Shown one piece after another: positions 60,489-64,000 of a DNA stretch of 64,000 bases. Location: NCBI GenBank assembly GCA_012515515.1, contig JAAYYE010000006.1, positions 252 through 64,251 on the forward strand, written 5' to 3'. The DNA is from Minisyncoccota bacterium. GTDB lineage: Bacteria; Patescibacteriota; Microgenomatia; UBA1400; PJMF01. The notes under the pieces are model-generated. The model did not search any database and was not told the origin of the DNA. It was given only the letters and a program-made list of their open reading frames with translations. Made by a program: the position numbers and the translations under genes. Position 1 is the first letter of the stretch, and every line of letters starts with the position of its first letter.

Positions 60489-61481
60489 CTAAAGTTTTGA
60501 GTGACGCTTGTCGTAAACTTTTTTTAACTGAGATTTAGTGACGTGAGTATAGATTTGAGTAGTGGCAATATTTTTGTGACCTAAAATTTCTTGCACATCA
60601 CGCAGGTTGGCACCATTAATTAAGAGATCAGTAGCAAAGCTGTGACGAATACCATGCGGCGACAGTTTAACAGTCAGTCGGGCTTGGCGCGCATATTTAT
60701 CTACCAAGCGTTGTACGCTCCGACTAGTCAGCCTCATGCTTTCATCATCAAAAGCGGGATGCACTTTTTTACCAGAAAAACGAATAAAAACCGCTCGCCA
60801 CATATCTTCGCGAGTTGCTAGCCAACGCTCAAGCCAATCTGCCGCCCGATCACTTAAAAACACCACTCTTGGTCGACGGCCCTTACCAATCACCCCAAAT
60901 TCTTTGCGAGTGAGGTTAATTTGATCGCGATTGAGCTTAACCAGCTCACTCACCCGCAAACCAGTAGAGAAGAGGACTTCTAAAATGGCCCGATCCCTTA
61001 AACCAGTTTCACTGCTGAGGTCTGGCTGGATTAATAAGCGCTCCATTTCTTCAATATCAATGAAGCTCATTGGAATAGATTCAGCTTTGGGCAGATCAAT
61101 TTTCTCTGGATGAAGCACATTGAGGTCGTTTTTGATTAGATATTTAAACCAAGAGCGCAGGGCGATCACATGATAACTTTGAGTTCTTTTGGATAAAGTT
61201 CTGCCTTGTTCATCAATATACCTGGCTAAAAAAACTCGATAAGCGCGCAAGGAATCGAGATCTAGTTGAGCTAAATCAGTGGCGCCCTGTTCTTTGAACC
61301 AGGCGTTGAAGCGTCTTAGATAATGACTATAATTACGAACTGTGAGGCGGCTGAGGTTCTTTTCTACCTCGAGTGACTCGAGGAAAGATATCAGGGCCTG
61401 ATCTGGATCAGTGCTCAAACGAGCAATACTTTTGAGCACCTGTTTGTTTTTAGGCCCAGTTGTTACTTGATCGCTACTCAT
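60489..61481 (-). CDS. xerC: Tyrosine site-specific recombinase, XerC/XerD family
   Basis: N-terminal SAM-like core-binding domain. Catalytic R (TGLRVSEL), HxxR (HGIRHSFAT), LGHKNIATTQIYTHV with the nucleophilic Tyr; the C-terminal LGH...TTQIYTH is Xer-typical. Confidence 0.82.
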   Translation of the reverse strand: MSSDQVTTGPKNKQVLKSIARLSTDPDQALISFLESLEVEKNLSRLTVRNYSHYLRRFNAWFKEQGATDLAQLDLDSLRAYRVFLARYIDEQGRTLSKRTQSYHVIALRSWFKYLIKNDLNVLHPEKIDLPKAESIPMSFIDIEEMERLLIQPDLSSETGLRDRAILEVLFSTGLRVSELVKLNRDQINLTRKEFGVIGKGRRPRVVFLSDRAADWLERWLATREDMWRAVFIRFSGKKVHPAFDDESMRLTSRSVQRLVDKYARQARLTVKLSPHGIRHSFATDLLINGANLRDVQEILGHKNIATTQIYTHVTKSQLKKVYDKRHSKL

Positions 61482-61668
61482 AAGCTCAATTTACAATAAA
61501 TTTAAGTTTTTGCCTACTGGTAGATCTGGTTTGAAAAAAATCTGCTGTGAAAAAAGGGGAGAGGGGAAAATGTTTTTAGGTAAATTTTTCAGAAAAATTA
61601 GGCAGAAAAATAACTGATAATGGCAAAAAAACCAGAGTAAAAAATAGGGGAGACTACCCTATTTTTCC

Positions 61669-62244
61669 CTAAGTATAGGGGACCCAGTAGCGTAATTTGC
61701 GCACTGGAGAGTCGTCTTGCACTAGAGAATTAGCAAAAATCCCGCCATTTTTCTCGATAATTTTTTTTGAACCCAGATTGGTTTCATCGCACGTGAGCAG
61801 TGCTTGCTTAGTATCAATTTTTGGTTGATGCTGACGGATTTTTTCTAGAGTTAAAGCTAATAAACGACTGCCGTATCCCTGGCGACGAGCACTTGGCCTA
61901 ATGACGTAGCCAACATGGCCGCCAATTTTTCGCAACTTGTCATTGAGTCGATGGCGAATAGAAACTCGACCTATCCAGACTAATTGGCCATCAGTCTGTT
62001 CTTCCATTAACCAATAAATGCTTTGTGGCACTCGATTAGGCGCTAAATTAATACCCAGTTCTTGTTCTGCTAAATAAGCTAAATATTCTTTGAAAAACTT
62101 TTTGTTGCTTAATTGAGCGAGATCAAGATTTTCTTCTACGTAATATCGTTCATGTTGGTGGGCTTGTAATTCGCTAAGACCATCAATGAAAGCCCGATGA
62201 TGAGCTAACTGTGGTTTTAACAAAAAAACTGCATTTTTTGGCAT
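61669..62244 (-). CDS. GNAT-family N-acetyltransferase
   Basis: Acetyl-CoA binding motif A (VRPSARRQGYGSRLL) in a 191-aa protein. Confidence 0.72.
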   Translation of the reverse strand: MPKNAVFLLKPQLAHHRAFIDGLSELQAHQHERYYVEENLDLAQLSNKKFFKEYLAYLAEQELGINLAPNRVPQSIYWLMEEQTDGQLVWIGRVSIRHRLNDKLRKIGGHVGYVIRPSARRQGYGSRLLALTLEKIRQHQPKIDTKQALLTCDETNLGSKKIIEKNGGIFANSLVQDDSPVRKLRYWVPYT

Positions 62245-62911
62245 ATGAGCTATTATAGCCTGATTTGCAACGAGGGATTAATCATATAAAGGAAAAAAAG
62301 CCGATTTTAGGCTTTTAGCGGGCTTCTTGAGGTATTTAGATTGATATATCAATTTAATATGCAATTTAGCTTGTAGATTCTTTAAAGATTTTAGCCTGGA
62401 CAGATCTGGAGAAATGGCTAGGCAAGAGGCAAAAAGGTCGGAAATGGCACCGGGCTAGATAATGAAAATACCAGGAGAAATGATCAGGGAGCAAGCAGCA
62501 GATAGGATAAATAAAGAAAAATAAGCACAAATTAATCGAGAAATTAAAAGATAAGATTAAATGTTTAAAAGTGGTCTCTTTGCCAATTCTAGGGTTTATG
62601 TCGCAAAAGTTATATTGTGCGACATAACCCCAATCTCTCGATGGCTCCTACACTGCCAACAATGCTCTAGGGCAGTCAAGGGTAGCAGCTAGATATTATT
62701 GTCTTTCTTATTGATCTTTTTACACTGCACTCTTAAACTCGCTTGCGCTCCTTAGCGTGTCGATCTAATTTGCTCCCAAATGGTCTCCCTCAACAGTTTT
62801 TAAAAAAGCATATTCGGGTTTTTTATTGATTAATCAAGCCTTTTACTCCCCAGAGCGTGCCCGGGGATAAAAACTTAATCACTTGAGGAAATCCAGAGAG
62901 GAAGTTGAGCT

Positions 62912-62946
62912 GCAGCGCCTGGCTCTACCAGGCTATATTTATTTTT
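62912..62946 (+). terminator. Terminator-like hairpin plus T-rich tract on the plus strand inside a 1-kb ORF-free region
   Basis: Stem GCCTGG/CCAGGC with loop CTCTA at 62915-62931, followed by TATATTTATTTTT. Confidence 0.4.
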
Positions 62947-63290
62947 GCATCCTTATCTGTAACAATATCTAAGTGTATCATTGTTAAGTGTATCAAACTA
63001 TATCACTCCAGGCTTAAAGAGTCCTATAATAATTGAGTTTTCCACAATTTTCACGCCTCTACCCTTTGCCGAGCTTATTACTTTTTTTCTTTCTACCCTA
63101 GCTAATATTTATTACTATTTTTTATTAAAAATTTTACTCAAAAAATTATTTTAAGCTTATTAAATAAGCCAAAACTGTGAGGGATTAGATATTTCTCTTC
63201 ACTCTAATTTAACTAGCAAAGGGCTTTATTTTTCTCGCTCTTCCCCACTCCAATTATATAATAAAACACTGATACATCAATGTTTTATTC

Positions 63291-63989
63291 TTATTTACCA
63301 GGGAAAGCAAAGATAAAAGTAATGACAATGAAAATGGCTACTAATATATATTCGGTGGCAGTGTTTTTGAACAGTCTACCCTGCAAGAGGTTGTGAAACA
63401 ATGACAAACCAACATAAACCAATGACATGATAAATAAAGAAATATGCCAAATTTGCATCGGTAAAAAAGAAAAAAAGATACTAAATTCGGTTAAAATTAA
63501 GACAAATAGCAGACTGTATTGTAGAATTTCTCGATCAATGCGCGGCTCTAATTTAACCGACCATAAAGACATTAAAATCAAGAAAAAGTGCGTCACAGCC
63601 ACCAATAAAGCATTTATATAAAAAGGTAGACGCAAAGAAAAAATCGTATTGGTTAATAATAAAGAAATAATCATGGTGAAAAAGAGAGCGATCGCCTGTG
63701 CTGCATACAACAGCTGAATAGTTCGGCCCTTAGCCACCGAAAAAATATTGGCAGTTAAAAACAAAGCATACATGCCAATGCCAAAAATGGCTAAAATAAC
63801 CAGGCGGGAGATTAATAATTCGGGTAATAAAAAATAAAAAAGCGCAACAGAAGTGGCATATAAAACGGGTAAAGGTAAAATTGTCAGCCATTCGTAAATC
63901 TGCAAATCTTCATTAAGCGCCCAGGCCGACATAAAATAGCTAATAACAGCAAATAAAATGATTGCTCCATAGCGCCAATCTACTGGCAC
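63291..63989 (-). CDS. Hypothetical polytopic membrane protein
   Basis: 232 aa with ~7 TM helices; the N-terminus lies at the window edge, so the true start may be upstream of the window. Confidence 0.45.
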   Translation of the reverse strand: MPVDWRYGAIILFAVISYFMSAWALNEDLQIYEWLTILPLPVLYATSVALFYFLLPELLISRLVILAIFGIGMYALFLTANIFSVAKGRTIQLLYAAQAIALFFTMIISLLLTNTIFSLRLPFYINALLVAVTHFFLILMSLWSVKLEPRIDREILQYSLLFVLILTEFSIFFSFLPMQIWHISLFIMSLVYVGLSLFHNLLQGRLFKNTATEYILVAIFIVITFIFAFPGK

Positions 63990-64000
63990 ATACTGAGTGG

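Noticed and set aside
59836-61481. Tyrosine recombinase next to a tRNA gene; considered as an integrase marking a tRNA-inserted mobile element or genomic island
   Set aside because: The recombinase lies on the 5' side of the tRNA, not abutting its 3' end where att sites form. Its C-terminal LGHxxxxTTQIYTHV and ~300-aa size are XerC/D-like rather than phage-integrase-like. No flanking direct repeat of the tRNA 3' end, phage genes or cargo genes are visible. A dif/Xer explanation is more parsimonious.
62430-62900. Specific call of RNase P RNA on the plus strand, based on GGAAAUGGCACCGGGCU / UAGGGCAG / GUGCCCGGGGAUAAAA fragments
   Set aside because: The canonical GGAAAGUCCGG and ACAGAACCCGGCUUA P4 strands and the AGGGUGAAAnGGUG module are not matched well enough, and the spacing is atypical. 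It is retained only as an unspecific ncRNA candidate pending a covariance-model search.
1-64000. CRISPR arrays, reverse transcriptase/DGR modules, toxin-antitoxin pairs or a known defence system
   Set aside because: No regularly spaced direct repeats with unique spacers and no RT-like ORF were found. The only tandem repeats are the 58-bp duplication at 6751 and coding-sequence repeats in pilB. All multi-gene hypothetical blocks are better explained as envelope or pilus proteins.

Overview
This window is a low-GC, gene-dense bacterial chromosomal segment under the standard genetic code. The pattern of domain-minimised housekeeping genes, an unlinked rRNA fragment and a secretin-less type IV pilus locus suggests a reduced-genome lineage such as CPR/Patescibacteria; that lineage call is an inference only. 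The window opens with the last ~236 nt of a 16S rRNA, which has its own intrinsic terminator. clpB follows it, and a tRNA-Ile(GAT) of the kind normally found in the 16S-23S spacer sits 3 kb downstream; no 23S is present. Housekeeping genes are lon, tpiA, a UvrD/PcrA helicase, a FemAB-family protein, gap, a trigger factor without a PPIase domain, infC-rpmI-rplT, pheST, a class A PBP, tyrS, recG, rpsP, rnc, nusB, holB-like, gyrB, ppaC, gyrA, a Xer-type tyrosine recombinase and a GNAT. The most distinctive block is a type IV pilus locus without a secretin: pilMNO at 33.5-36.1 kb, then at 38.8-52.7 kb six prepilin-type pilins, pilD, pilC, pilT and a pilB carrying an N-terminal hexapeptide-repeat extension. 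It is flanked by a lipoprotein, a Cys-rich secreted protein and other exported hypotheticals, and is a candidate host-attachment apparatus. Other points of interest are an ACP homologue upstream of rnc whose phosphopantetheine-attachment Ser is replaced by Asn, a pair of GT-C/GT39-like membrane glycosyltransferases around an FAD oxidoreductase, a 58-bp tandem duplication across a gene boundary, a 1-kb ORF-free stretch with a terminator-like hairpin (candidate ncRNA), and an ~80% AT 580-bp spacer between tRNA-Ala and the xer gene at a point of convergent transcription. No CRISPR array, reverse transcriptase or obvious defence system was seen. Three tRNAs were called by hand: Ile-GAT, Val-GAC and Ala-GGC.
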